Shown here piece after piece: positions 25,809-38,778 of a stretch of 64,000 bases of DNA. Positions within the stretch are counted from its first letter, which is position 1. Each line of letters starts with the position of its first letter. A program made the translations under genes and the position numbers. The DNA is from Raja brachyura (lineage: Eukaryota): the NCBI GenBank assembly GCA_963514005.1, contig OY740804.1, forward strand, positions 2,294,001 through 2,358,000, in the 5' to 3' direction. The notes under the pieces are model-generated. The model did not search any database. It saw nothing but the letters and a program-made list of their open reading frames with translations, and had not been told where the DNA came from.

Positions 25809-28800
25809 TTAAGGCCAGTTGCAGCATTTACAGGATGAGTCGAAGACCAATCCTGCGGCACAGCTCTTCACGTAGGTCCGACCATCATCGCACTGGTAGA
25901 ACTTGTTCTTGTTCTTGGGATCGGGGAAGGTACCATTCGCTTTGCCCTGACAGAAGCCACTGCCTCCACCACCGCTGCCTCCACCACCGCTAGGAGCATC
26001 AGTAGGTGGGACCGCCGGCTTCAATGTTGTCTTGGATGGGACGCAAGCTGCAGAGAAACACAGTTTGTTATGTTCTCCTAAAGTCTTAGGAGAATTAGGC
26101 GATTTAGCCCATTGACTTACCCCACCATTCAATCATGGTTGATCTATCCCTCCCTCTCAACCCCATTCTCCTGCCTTCTCCCCATAAACCCTGACACCCG
26201 AACTAATCAAGAATCTGTCCATCACCGCCTTAGAACGCAGGTCCACAAAGTATGAATATCCCAGTCAATGGGATTATGCCACTGAACCCCCCTCTCACCA
26301 ACTCCAGAGGGATCCTGACCTCACATCTACCCCAGATGCTGGTCTATAAAAAGAGACACAATGTGCTGGAGTAACTCAGTTGCTTGTTCTCTATACCCAC
26401 CACTCCATGTGTGTAAAACGTAGCTATCACACCTAGTCTTACCACTATCTGCCTCCACCACCCCCGGTAGCGTGTTCCAGGCACCCACCACCCTCTGTGT
26501 GAAAGACTGGTCCTGCACATCTCCATTACCTGCAGAGATGCCAAGGCCAGAGTGCAGAGTGTTGATGAGGGGGTAGGGTCCCTGGTGACAGAAGGCACCA
26601 GAGAAGTCATCCAGAGCCAGATCCCAGACCATAGCTCCTCCATAGTTGTTCTTCTTCAGCCACTCAACCTGGAAGACACGGTTCACATCTTTACACCAGC
26701 ATCCCTCAGTCAATAATGGTGTCTATGATGCGCCGGAGAAAGCTTTTTATCGGGATTCATCACAACACGGTTTGGGAATGGCTCCATCCAAAACCCGCAG
26801 GAAATTGCAGGGAGTTGCTGACGCAGCCCAGACCATCACGTAAACCAACCTCCCTTCCATTGACTCCATCTACACCTCGCGTTGCCTCAGCAAGGCCACC
26901 AGCATAATCGAGGACCAGTCTCATCCCAGCACCAGAGAAATAAAACAGAAATTCCAAGTTTCCCCGATGTGAATCCTAACCCCTTTCTCCTGCTTTCTCC
27001 CCATAACCCCTGATACCTGAACACCATGAGTTTATGGTGAGCTGGAAATATTTTGTAGAATGTAATGATTCCAAGGATTTTGAAGCATAATTCTGGAGCT
27101 CACTGTTGGAAACTCTGCAGTAGATATTGAGATAAACGAGACCACGATGGCTCACGTGGAAAGGGTGGAACTTCGATGGTCAGATGTACCTTGTCTCCGA
27201 AGCTCTTGACGTTGTCATAGCCGACCCATATTCCATTCTTGAAGGCGTACGGGGTGTCCTGTGGGGCGTTCCATTCGGCGGTGGCACCATTCAGGAACCC
27301 GCAGATCTGTTCAGAGAAGGAGATGTTAGGGACCAATCTTGTCGAAGTGGAAAAAAATCATGAGAGGAACCGATCAGGTAGATGCAAAGTGTCTCTTGTC
27401 CAGTCGGGGAATCGACAACCAGAGGACATAAGGTGAGGGAGAAAGATTTAATAGGAATGGTGCTGGTTCGAAAGGCCGAATGGCCTACTCCTGCACCTAT
27501 TGTCTATTAAACCTGAGGGGTAACCATTTGACACCGAGGGTGGTGGGTGTATGGAACAGATGGGTGGAGATAGTGACAAAAGCTGGAGGGGAACAGGAGA
27601 CAAAATAGTGTCAGATACTGATAGAAGAGGAACAGAGAGATGCGCAAAGAGAGGAGGAAAGAGATATGTGAAGAGAAGGGAGAAAGACATGAAAGAAGGA
27701 TAGAAAGAGGAGAGGAGGGAAAGATATATAAAGAGAGGAAAGAGAGATATGTCCAGAAAGAGGAGGAGAGAGATGTAAAGTGCGAGGGAGGGATGTGGAG
27801 AGAAGGAGATAGCGGGGAGGGCAAATAGGAAGGGGAGGATAGAAGGGAAATGGGGATCTCTGAGAGAAGAGGAGGGGAACGGAGAACGTGGGTGTGCGAT
27901 GTTTCGGATGGAGATCCTTCCTCATGTGTCCATCTATGTTGTGTGTGGTTATTCAGTATTGGATTGGAAGATAACATTGAGTAAAGGGCCACGCGGTTGG
28001 ATTAGTCGGTAGGTACAGTACCTCATAGTAGGCCAGGAAGCCGGCTTGGCGGGTGAATTTGCCGGCTGGTCCAGCACCTCCTGCTGGGGCACCCACGGCC
28101 GTGCTGGACGAGGTCAGTCTGAAAGTGTGTCCGTAGGTGGGGAAGCCCACATTCAACTTGTCCACTGGAGCCCCCTTGCTCTTCCAGTAGTTCATGGCAT
28201 ATTCCTGCAGGGACACAGTTGGCATCAAAGGACTTTAGGCTCATGTTTAACATTAGGTTTATTATTGTCACGTGTACCGAGGCACAGTGAAAAGCTTCCA
28301 AACAGATCAGATAATACCGTACATAAATACAATCAAGTCAAACTCAGGTACAATAGGTAGAACAAAGGGGAAGATACAGAGTGCAGAATATAGTTCTCAG
28401 CATCGTAGCGCATCAGTTCCACAGACAAAGTCCAATGTCCACAATGGGGTAGAGGTGAATCGGACAGTACCCTAGCTTAAGGAAGGACCGTTCAGAAGCC
28501 TGATAGCAGAGGGCAGGGAGCTGTTCCTGAGTCTGGTGGTGCTCGCTTTCAAGCTTCTGTACCTTCTGCTAGACAGGACCAGGGAGAAGGAGGAATGACC
28601 GGGGTGGGACAAGTCTTTGATTCTGTCGGTTGCTTTTCTGAGGCAGCGTGAAGTGTAGATGGAGTCAATGGTGGGGAGTGGGGTCTGTGTGATGGACTGG
28701 GCTCCATCCACAACTCTCTGCAATTTCTTGTGGTCTTGGGCTCAGAGCTGTTCCCAAGCCTAGTTGTGATGCAACCCCACTGTCTGCTCTCCATGGTGTT

Positions 28801-31800
28801 TGGAACAGTTATATGGACTCGGCTAAATAGGTTTATAAATTCGGGGAGAGGAAATGAAAAAGTTGAGCAGGATTTATTTTTCTTGAGCACTTACCACATT
28901 GAAGTGGGTGTTGGTGTAATCATTGTCATTAGGCAGGGCATAGAGGGGGCTGTTCTCTCCAGTAACGTGGCTCCAGGGACCATAGAAATCGTAGGTCATC
29001 ACGTTGAAGAAATCAACTACCCTGCAAGAGAGGAGACCGGGTCACCCTGATACTCCATGCCCCAAATTAACATCAGAACACAGAACAGTACAACACGTGA
29101 ACAGGCCCTTCTACCCACAATGTCCGTGTCAAACATGACGGCAAGATAAACTCATCTCCTCTGTCTGCACGTGATCCGTATCCCTCCATTCCCTGCATAT
29201 CCACGCGCCTATCCACAAGCCTCTTAAACAACACTATCGTATCTGCCTCCATCACCACCCCTGGCAGCGCATTCCAGGCATCCACCACCCTCTGTGTGTA
29301 AAAAAAACATGCACATCTCCTTTAAACTTGAACATGGTGCCAAGTCCATCACTTATCTACATGCACATCACCAACATCCCTCCATGCCCAGCATTATCAT
29401 GTGCCCATCTAAAAGTATTTTAAATGCACTAATGTATCTACTTCAACCACCACCCCAGCAGGTTCTGGCTGTCTACCCTATCTATGCCTCTAGTGATTTA
29501 TAAACTTCTATCAAGTCTCTCCTCAACCTCTGATGTTCCAGAGGAAACAATGCAAGTTTGTCCAACCTCTCCCTGTAGCTAATCCCCTCTAATCCAGGCA
29601 GCGTTCTGGTAAATCTCCTGTGCACCGTCTCCAAAGCCTCCACATCCTTCCTGTAATGGAGACAACCAGACCTGCACGCAATGCTCTAAATACCTCCTGG
29701 CTAAAGACCGACAGAGCTGCAAGTTGGCTTCCTGACTCTCACGCTCAATGCCCCGACCAATGAAGGCATTGAATGCATTAGGGTTGTGGATGGATCTCAA
29801 TCAACGTGCTGGAAGCTCCCACCATTGGAATTCTGGAGCGATGAAAAACTAGTTCAAATACGACGTCAAACTGGCTAAACTCCCGAGATGAAAGCCCACA
29901 GGAAAAGTTGGGTTTCTTTGTGTGTAGAAGGACACTCACTTGCCGAGCTGAGGAACCTCGTAGCCAGTATCAATGTTGCTCATCCCACCAGCAACGGCAG
30001 CTGAGAGCAGCAGGCGTGGCTGTCCTGTGCTTTTCCCCTCGGCCTCGAAGGCAGCCATCAGCTCCTGTGGGTCAGAGAGATCGAGGGCTCCTTTAGCAAG
30101 AGGTCAAGTCTAGTCTTAGCAAGGGTCCCGACCCGAAACGTCATCTATACTTTTTCCCCAGAGATGCTGCCTGACCCGCAGTGTTACTCCAACACTTTGT
30201 GTCAATTTCAAGTTTGGTTTAGTTTGGTTCAGAGATGCAGCGTGGAAACAGGCCCTTCGGCCCATCGAGTCCACGCCGACCAGCGATTACCCTTTCACTC
30301 TAGTTATATCCTACATACTTGGGACAATTTACTGAAGCCAATTAACCTACAAACCCACACACATTTGGAGTGCGGGAGGAAATCAGAGCACCTGAGGTCA
30401 CGGGGCGAACGTACAAACTCCGTACAGACAGCATCCATGGTCAGGATTGAACCCGCGTCTCTGGCGCTGTGAGGCAGCAACTCTACCCCTGCACCACCGT
30501 ATCGCCCAAGAGTGGGGAAGAAGCTTTTTAATCCAAACCTCAAAATGGTGCTTGGTTCAAATTTTATTAAATTCTTAATTTCTGAATTCTTAAATTCCTT
30601 TGTGTAATCTGTGAAAATCTGTCCTTTGTGATCTTGACAATAAGTTGCATTTATTGGATAAATTTTCAAGTCATAGAGTTATGCAGCGTGACAACAGACC
30701 CTTTGGCCCAACCTGCCCGCACCGACCAATGTGTCCCATCTACACTAGTCCCACAAAGTGCTGGAGTAACTCAGCGGGTCAGGCAGCATCTGAGGAGATA
30801 AAGGATGGGTTTGGCCTGCGTTTGGCCCATTTATTTTAACGAAACCCATAGTGAGATGTACTTGACCGCACCTGAGCCAGGACAGTGTAGAGATGCTTGT
30901 CAACAGGGGGACTTCCTCGAGATCCAGGATATTCCCAATCGATATCCAGACCGTCAAAGCCGTACCCTCTCAGGAAGGCGATGACTGACTTGATGAAGAT
31001 TTGCCGAGTTCCTGATGAGGCGACCATCGCGGTGAATCTGCAGGTGGGGTGAATGTGGGGAGAGGAGTTAGAAATGAAATGTGCCGGAGACACGAGGAAC
31101 GGCCAGTGACCCAGTGACTCTGCTGTTATATCCTGTCATGTACAGATTCATCCAAGCTTTTGTTAAATGCTCAAGTGGTTAAAGAATTACTCCTTTCTCC
31201 TGTTGTCATCTGAAGTTTCATGTGCAATTATTCTTTTTGAAAATAGCGTTTAGTTTAGTTCAGAGATACAGCGCAGAAACAGGCCCTTCGGCCCACCCAG
31301 TCCGCACCGACCAGCGATCCCCACACACTAACACTATCCTGCACACACAAGGGACAATTTACATTTATACCAAGCCAATAAACCTACAAATGTGTACGTC
31401 TTTGGAGTGTGGGAGCAAACTGAAGATCTCTGAGAAAACCTAGGCAGTCACAGGGAGAACGTACCAACTCCACACAGACAGCACCCGTAGTCAGGATCCA
31501 ACCCGGGTCTCCAGAGTTCCACTAGTACCACTACGCCACACACTATTGAAAGCATTCTTTCTGAAAATTATATTCTTTTACTTTTTGGCAAGCAATATCC
31601 TATATTGTTCAAATTACAATTTGCAAACTGCTCTGTTTAATAATACTCCTGAAACAGTTCACTGTAAAATTATCCCCTCGATATTTATCACTTGGGATAT
31701 CATTACTAGAGCCAGGATGTTTAAGCACTAAAAAATTCTGAAATAGGCAGGCAAAAAGGCATAATAAAATTATTTAAAAAAGCATGAGAAAGGCATTTAT

Positions 31801-34800
31801 TGACATAAAAAGGCATGTATTTCCACCACCAAAATATGGTTAAAAATGATAATGTAAAGTTATAGTACATTAAATGATCAAAGTTGCCTGGTTGCACATA
31901 ATTACTAGCATTTTTTCAAATTATCTGGTGTTAAACTATGCCGTGTGTCAGACAGAATATGCTTCAGTTGTGAAAAACTTCTTTCTACCCCAGCTGAGGT
32001 CACTGGTGCATACCTGAAACAAGCTACAGACTCTATATTCATGTCAATGTCTTGTGCATTGCAATTACCTTTGAGAACTTTAGCTACGTTTTGTATTTCT
32101 TCAAGATCTTTGTCAGCTAAAATCACTCTCTCACGTTTTCCTTGTATATCTTCACCGACACCGCCAGGAACTTTACGAATAGCGTCAGTTACTTAGTGGA
32201 AAACCTGCAAGTTGTTCATTAATGTTTCGCCACCTTTCTCAAGGGAAGTGGATCGTGAAAAAGGCATCTTGCCAAAATCATCAAAAAAGGCATGAAACGC
32301 CACATGGCATTAATGGCAAAATTACCATACACACCCACTGTTTACATCGGGCACATGGAACTACAGGTGCTGGTTTACAAAAAGAAAAGACACAAAGTGC
32401 TGGAGTAACTCAGCGAGTCAGGCGGCATCTCTGGAGAACATGGATAGGTGCCGATTCCTGTTAAGACTGTTCTTCAGGCTGAGTTACTGAGGAGTTACTC
32501 CAGCACTTTGTGTCTTTCAATATTCATTCCATATGTCAATTGGAAAATAACTCTTATTTTTTTTAATCTAATGCTAACGTAAAAAGTTTCCATCTTACTT
32601 CTGGGTGCCAAAGTTCCATCCTCCAATGGACAGCAGAGTCTTGAGGTTTGAATTCCTTAAAAAAATGGACAAAATGTGGTTTTAGAATGATGTTTAGAAC
32701 AACAGAACATTTTCAGAACTTCTCAGGAACTTCTGGATCTTCTGTTTTTTCGCCCCTTTGGTGTTCCGTTTCATTGAAGGGATTTGCCTCCGTCTGGATC
32801 TCAAGGGGGTCACAGAAAATGAGGTACAAGTTCACGCAACAAGGCTTCATAAGCAAGGGCCAGTCTCACTCTGTGGGCTGAAGGGCCTATTTCCTCAATC
32901 TGTGACTCAATGATTCTGTTGGCCTGTCCAATAGCTTTCTCCTGAATATCCCCCTGGACCAAGTCACCTTTCAGACAGGGGAGGTGGATGAGATGAGAAA
33001 ACCTTCAATAAATGGATGTGTAACAGGGTCATGTCAAAGACCCTGCTGACCATTGATCACCTGTTCACACCAGTTCAATATTATCCTACTTTCTCATCCA
33101 CTCCCTATGCACTTGGGGCAATTTGTAGAGGCCAATTAACCTAGAAACCCTTTGTAATGTGGGAGGAAACCGGTAATCTAGAGAAAACCTACACCGTCAC
33201 AGGGAGAACGTGCAAACTCCACAGAAACAGTGCCCGAGGTCAGGATCGAACCCAGGTCTCTGGCGCCCTGAGGCAGTGACTCTACCCGCTGCCCCACTGT
33301 GCCGCCCGGTACGTATAACAGATGGATTCTTGCCACATACTCTTCAAAACAACTTGTTCACTTAGATCGACCATTTTGAAGAGTTTGAAATCCAATGTTC
33401 ATTAAACACTGGATGTCCCTTCACTTACAGCAAGGACCAGGGAATTCATGGTTAAATTTAACCCAATCAGACCCAAATCAGCAGGGTTCCACTCCACCCA
33501 TTTGTCTCCATCGAGCTGTATCTCTGAGAAGTTAGGCATCACCTTGGTACTTAAAGTCTAAATTATCCCACTGAACCATCCTCTCACCAACTAGAGAGCG
33601 GCCCTGACCTCCCATCTACCTCATTGGAGACACTCGGACTATATGTAATCAGACTTCACTGGACTTTATCTTGCACTAAACATTATCCCCTTCATCCTGT
33701 GTCTGTACATTGTAATCATGTACAGTCTTTCTGCCGACTAGTTAGCACGCAACAAAAAGCTTTTTGTTGTACCATGGTACACGTGACAATAATAAACTAA
33801 ATTAAACTAAATTAACTGTGGAATATGGGTTATGGGATATTGGTTTGGGGAATATCCAATACAATGACTGGTTAACACGCAACAAAAACTTTTCACTGTA
33901 CCTCAGTACAGGTGACAATAAACTAAACTGGACAATGTAAACATTGCAACAATGCCCGACATTTGAGACACAAGGTTAAGCCCCTGTCCCATTTTCCCGA
34001 GTTACTCACGAATTCTCCCGAGTTTTCCCCTTGATTCAAACTCGGAGATGCCAGCCGTAGCTACTCAGGGCTATTTTTTTTACTCGTGGACATTTTTCGA
34101 CATGCTGAAAAAACGTCCCGATTTACCTGATTCCCCCGAGTACCTACGGCTGGCATTACGAGCCGCTACGAAGTATCTGCGGACTCCTACCGACTCGCTA
34201 CGGACATTCTCCGAGTTTGAATCAAGGGGAAAACTCGGGAGAATTCGTGAGTAACTCGGGAAAGTGGGACAGATGCTTTAGTATTTATTCAGCAACTGTA
34301 CTTGTTCTTCAGGCTGTTGATCTCATGGTAGAGTTTTGGGTCGTTCCATTCATAGATGGCGATCTGATTGCTCTTCATTCCAGCGAAGGCGTAGATGATG
34401 TGGGTGCAAAGGCAAGGGTCCACGTTCTGGGGCATGTATTTACCCTCTCCTGGTCTGTACTGCGCCCAGTTGGTGAAGTAACACACCAGCCTGTAGGCAG
34501 AGCCTGGGCAAGGGAGAGACAGGGCGGTCAGGACAATATCTCTGTGGCACTCACACAAAGCAAAGCAAGGCTGCAAATGAACAAAGACTCACCCAGTTGC
34601 AGGCAGGCCAGTAAGACCACCGCTGGAACAGAAAACAGAGAGCAGCGTGTTAGGATTACGACAAACCGTAATAAGTCAGGGATTACGGGGACAGACGGGG
34701 AGAATGGGATTGAAAGGGAAAGATAGATCAGCCATGATTGAGTGGCTAGAGTACACTTGATGGGCCGAATGGCCTAATTCTGCTCGCATCAGTTATGAAT

Positions 34801-36133
34801 TTATGAAACCTTGGCTGTATTACGGCCTCTACACAATGAAAATGTTATATAAGTGTTTGGGAAACTATGAAGGTCTATCTTGTGGGCAGCACGGTGGAGC
34901 AGCAGTAGAGTTGCTGCCTCACTGTGCCAGAGACCCAGGTTCGATCTTGACTATGGGTGTTGAACGTGTGTGGAATTTGTACATCAACCCTGCTAGTATA
35001 AATTGATTGTTCTGTTTCTGGTACATATGACAATAACACACCCTTAACTCCCTCTCCCTGTGACCATGTGGGTTTTCTCCGGGAGCTCTGGTTTCCTCCC
35101 AAATCCCCAAAATGTGAGGGATTGAAGGTTAGTTGTCCCTCTGTAAAATTGTGAAGGGCTGAACAGTGGTCAGCATGGACTCTGTGGGCCGAAAGGCCTT
35201 GTTTCTATACTGTATCATTAAACTAAACCTTTCCTATCCATGTACCTGTCTGAATGTCTTTTAAATGTTATTATACTTGCCTCATCTACCTCCTCTGGCA
35301 GATCGTTCCATATACTCACCACCCTCTGGGCAACAGGTTAGAGTCATAGAGTCACACAGTCATAGAGTCAAACAGGCCCTTTGGCCCAATTTGCCCATGC
35401 TGACCAAGATGCCCCACCTAAGCTTGTCCCAGTTGCCCCTGGATTCACCTTTAAATTTTTTCCCACTCACCTTAAGTCAATGCCCTGTAGTTTTAAATTC
35501 CCCTTCCCTGGAGAAAGGCAGAGACCATACTTCATATCTCAGCCGCTTGTGATTTTCTAAATGTCTCTGATGGTATTTACAGAGTGCTGGAGCAATTCAG
35601 CGGGTCAGGCAACTTCTCCGGAGAGAAGAAATGGGTGACATTTCGGGTCCGTTGGAAAATACAAAATATTAAGAAACTACGAACTGCAGCAGTTGATTTA
35701 CACCAAAGATAGACACAAAGTGCTGGAGTATCTCAGCGGGTCAGGCAGCATCTCCGGAGATAAGAGTTGGGTAGAATTGAGGCCCTTCTTCAGACACCTT
35801 CATAATAAAACTTGGGAAACAATTTAATCTGTTCTCATCCTCATTTAATTTCTAAACCTGATTCTTTCAAAAAAGTATCCCAATATCAAAAGGAATTAAA
35901 CAGCAAAAGGCTCTTACGGAGCGAAGGAGATAGGCGACGTTTCGGGTCGAGACCCTTCTTCAGTCTGAAGAAGGGTCTCGACCCGAAACGTCGCCTATCT
36001 CCTTCGCTCCTTAGATGCTGCTGCACCCGCTGAGTTTCTCCAGCTTTTTGTGCAACCCTCGATTCTCCAGCATCTGCAGTTCCTTCTTTAACAGCAAAAG
36101 GCTCTTACCTGTTCCAAGAAGTAACTTTGCCAT
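25809..36133 (-). CDS. chia: Acidic mammalian chitinase-like GH18 chitinase with C-terminal CBM14; complete, 11 coding exons, 469 aa
   Basis: GT-AG exons read by hand (minus strand): 36133-36109 (MAKLLLGT), 34622-34593, 34503-34302 ([15 protein letters not shown]), 32655-32599 ([13 protein letters not shown]), 31037-30872 ([12 protein letters not shown] catalytic motif), 30064-29940, 29021-28895 (VMTYDFYG), 28204-28022, 27306-27190 (WVGYDN), 26668-26530 ([13 protein letters not shown]), 26047-25809 (linker + CBM14 ...CKCCNWP*). Total 1410 nt in frame. Exon sizes 25/30/202/57/166/125 match the vertebrate CHIA/CHIT1 layout. Orthology (CHIA vs CHIT1-like) is not resolved. Confidence 0.93.
27590..27880. 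repeat. Purine-rich (GA) low-complexity tract in chitinase intron 8
   Basis: Almost exclusively A/G on the plus strand. Confidence 0.8.
31710..32330 (-). mobile_element. hAT-type DNA transposon remnant
   Basis: Same transposase C-terminal fragment (31905-32126), with an internal deletion relative to the first copy. Ends approximate. Confidence 0.6.
33979..34277. mobile_element. PIF/Harbinger-type MITE (same insertion in the duplicated segment)
   Basis: Same TIRs and TTA TSD, at the same position next to chitinase exon 3. Confidence 0.8.
35918..36089. mobile_element. Palindromic Penelope-type insertion with hammerhead-like cores in chitinase intron 1
   Basis: ~93-bp near-perfect palindrome (35918-36010) carrying CTGAAGA-stem-GAAACGTC on both strands, flanked by a 19-bp duplication. 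A related inverted pair is at ~10955-11185. Confidence 0.6.
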
Positions 36134-36168
36134 CTTGTTACTGTTGCTGACTAGACCTGAGCTGCCTC

Positions 36169-36175
36169 TTTTATA
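36169..36175 (-). promoter_or_regulatory. TATA box (TATAAAA) of the complete chitinase gene
   Basis: TATAAAAG on the minus strand ~35 nt upstream of the ATG at 36133. GATA-type motifs lie further upstream (~36222, ~36284). Confidence 0.65.
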
Positions 36176-37204
36176 CAATGAGCTAATCACGAACAATAAT
36201 CCAATCTGTTTGTCGTTCCCTTTATCGGTAAGAAAGGGCAGTCACGATGATCCTCCTGCTATTTACAAAGGAAAATAATAATTCTTATCTTGACTTCAAT
36301 ATTTTCTCTTCTATAAAACCTCGTCCCCTGTTCAATGTCATTCAGATTGTTCACCTTCATTTTCACCTCAAGACTGTTTCTGAGCCTGATTGGAAATGAC
36401 TTAGAAACATGGAATCATGGAAAATTGGTGCTGGAGTAGGCAATTCAGCCCTTCGAGCCAGCACTGCCATTCAATTATGATCATGGCTATTCGTCCAGAA
36501 TTAGTACCCTGTTCCTGCTTTCTCCCCATATCCCTTGATTCCATTAGCCCTATGAGCTAACTCTCTCTTGAAAACATCCAGTGAATTGGCCTCCACTGCC
36601 TTCTGAGGTATAGAATTCCACAGATTCATAACTCACTGGTGAAAAGGTTTTTCATCATCTCAGTCCTAAATGACCTACTCTGAAACAGGCCCTTCAGCCC
36701 ACCGGGTCCGTGGAGACCAATGATCATCCCATCCAATAGTTCTATCCCACACTTCAGAGACAGTTTATACAGGCACCTACAAACACGCACGTCTGGGATG
36801 TGAGAGGAAACCAGAGCACCCGGAGGAAACCCACACGGTCACAGTGAGAACGTTCAAACTCTGTACGGACAGCGCCCGTAGTCAGTATAGAACCAGAGTC
36901 TCTGTCGCTGAGAGGCAGTAAATCTACCGCCGCGCCACCGTGCCACCAAGAAGTCGGGGGCATGTCAGCACAAACACAATAACAGCCGTTATCATCAACT
37001 TGACACACTGAGGCCAAGCCAAGATTTGGAACCGGGACGTAGGTTTAAGGTGATTGGGCCAAGGTTTAAAAGGAACCTAAGGGACAACATTTACAGTTAG
37101 AGGGTGGTGGGTGTATGGAATGAGCTGCCAGAGGAGGTAGTTGAGGCTGGTAGTACAATAACATTTAATAGACTGATGGGTGGGTAGATGGACAGGAATG
37201 GTTT

Positions 37205-37730
37205 TATGATCATCTCAGTCCTAAATGACCTACCCCTTATTCTTAAACTGTGACCCGTGGTTCTGGACTCCCCCAACATCGGGGACATTTTTCTTGCATC
37301 TTGCCGGTCCAATCCTTTAAGAATTTTGTATGTTTCTGTAAAATCCCCTCCCATTCTTCTAAATTCCAGTGAATATCAGCCCAGTCGACCCATTCGTTCA
37401 TCACATGACAGCCCCGCCATCCCAGGAATTAACTTGGTGAACCTACGCTGCATTCCCTCAATAGCAAGAATGCCCTACCTCAAATTACGAGATCAAAACT
37501 GCACACAATACTCCATGTGTGGTCTTATCATGGCCCTATACAACTGCAGTAGGACCTCCTTGCTCCGCTTCACAAACCCTGTCGCTATGAAGGCCAACAT
37601 GCCATTTGCTTTCTTCACTGCCTGCTGTACCTGCATGTTTACTTTTAGTGACTGGTGTACAAGCACACCCAGGTCTCGTTGCATCTCCCCTTTTCCTAAT
37701 CTGACACCATTCAGATAATCTACATTCTCC
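37205..37730 (-). mobile_element. CR1 LINE fragment
   Basis: RDLGVLVHQSLKV...RPHMEYCVQF. Confidence 0.8.
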
Positions 37731-38099
37731 CCATAACCCCTGACACCTGTACAAATCAACAATCTATCCATCTCTACATTAAAAATATCCATCGACCTGG
37801 CCTCCACAGACAGCCTTCCATGGGAATGAATTCCACAGATTCACCACCCTCTCACTAAAGAAATTCCTCGTCATCTCCTTCTTAAAAGCTGCCCTTTAAT
37901 TCTGAGGCTGTGCAAGCCTTGTGTCCGAGACTCCCACACTAGTGGATTACGTGCGGGCTGAAGAGATTAATTTAACCTCTCAGCATCATGATCAACATCA
38001 TGTTCAGCACGGACATTGTGGGCCGAAGGGCCTGTACCTGTGCTGCACTGTTCCACGCTCTGTGTTACATCGTTTTCTCAATCACAGTGGAGTGGGTGG

Positions 38100-38408
38100 G
38101 TGGCCAGAGCGAGACGTGGTGGAGACATAAGCATAATGTGTGTGGCGCCTGGTTGGCCGCTGGCAGCTGGGATGACGTTGTTCTTGTTAAACTTTAACGG
38201 CTGATGCAAGGACGCGTTTGGCAGAGGGTGGAGAGGTCGCGGCTGACTCCGTCCAATGTTCCGTGGGAGGCAGTGATTGGTTGAAAGTACGTGAGTGCAG
38301 GCAATGAAGCTCAGGAGAAGCCGGGAGTTGGTATAAAAGGAGCGAGCGATGGCAGGAGATGTGAACAAGACCGGTCTCGTCACCCTGTGTGGAGACTCCG
38401 GAGCTGGT
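38100..38408 (+). promoter_or_regulatory. IgV copy 3 promoter and non-coding exon 1
   Basis: ERSE (CGTGG-N9-ATTGG) at 38262-38280, extra CCAAT at ~38253, TATAAAA at 38332-38338, donor CTG|GTAACC at 38407. The block is conserved in all three copies. Confidence 0.7.
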
Positions 38409-38641
38409 AACCACCCTTGTGGATCCTTCAAGTATCTGTGAGTGATGGGGGTGGGATTGTCTCTGTTCTCTGTTCCCTCAGTTCAGAAGCCTGATAGCAG
38501 AGGGGAAGAAGCTGTTCCTGAGTCTGGTGGTGCGCGCTTTCAGGCTTCTGTACCTTCTGCTAGACAGGACCAGGGAGAAGGAGGAATGACCGGGGTGGGA
38601 CAAGTGATGGAGTCATAGAGTCATACAGCGAGACCTTCGGC

Positions 38642-38778
38642 CCAACTTGCCCGCGCCCACCAACTTGCCCGCGCCCACCAACTTGCCCGCGCCCACCAAC
38701 TTGCCCGCGCCCACCAACTTGCCCGCGCCCACCAACTTGCCCGCGCCCACCAACTTGCCCGCGCCCACCAACTTGCCC
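38642..38778. repeat. 18-bp tandem repeat (CCAACTTGCCCGCGCCCA) x~7.5
   Basis: Perfect array in the intron of IgV copy 3. Confidence 0.95.

Noticed and set aside
25960-25992. [10 protein letters not shown] as an engineered linker or vector contamination
   Set aside because: It lies inside a normal spliced chitinase exon; Gly/Ser-rich hinges are typical before CBM14 in CHIA-type enzymes.
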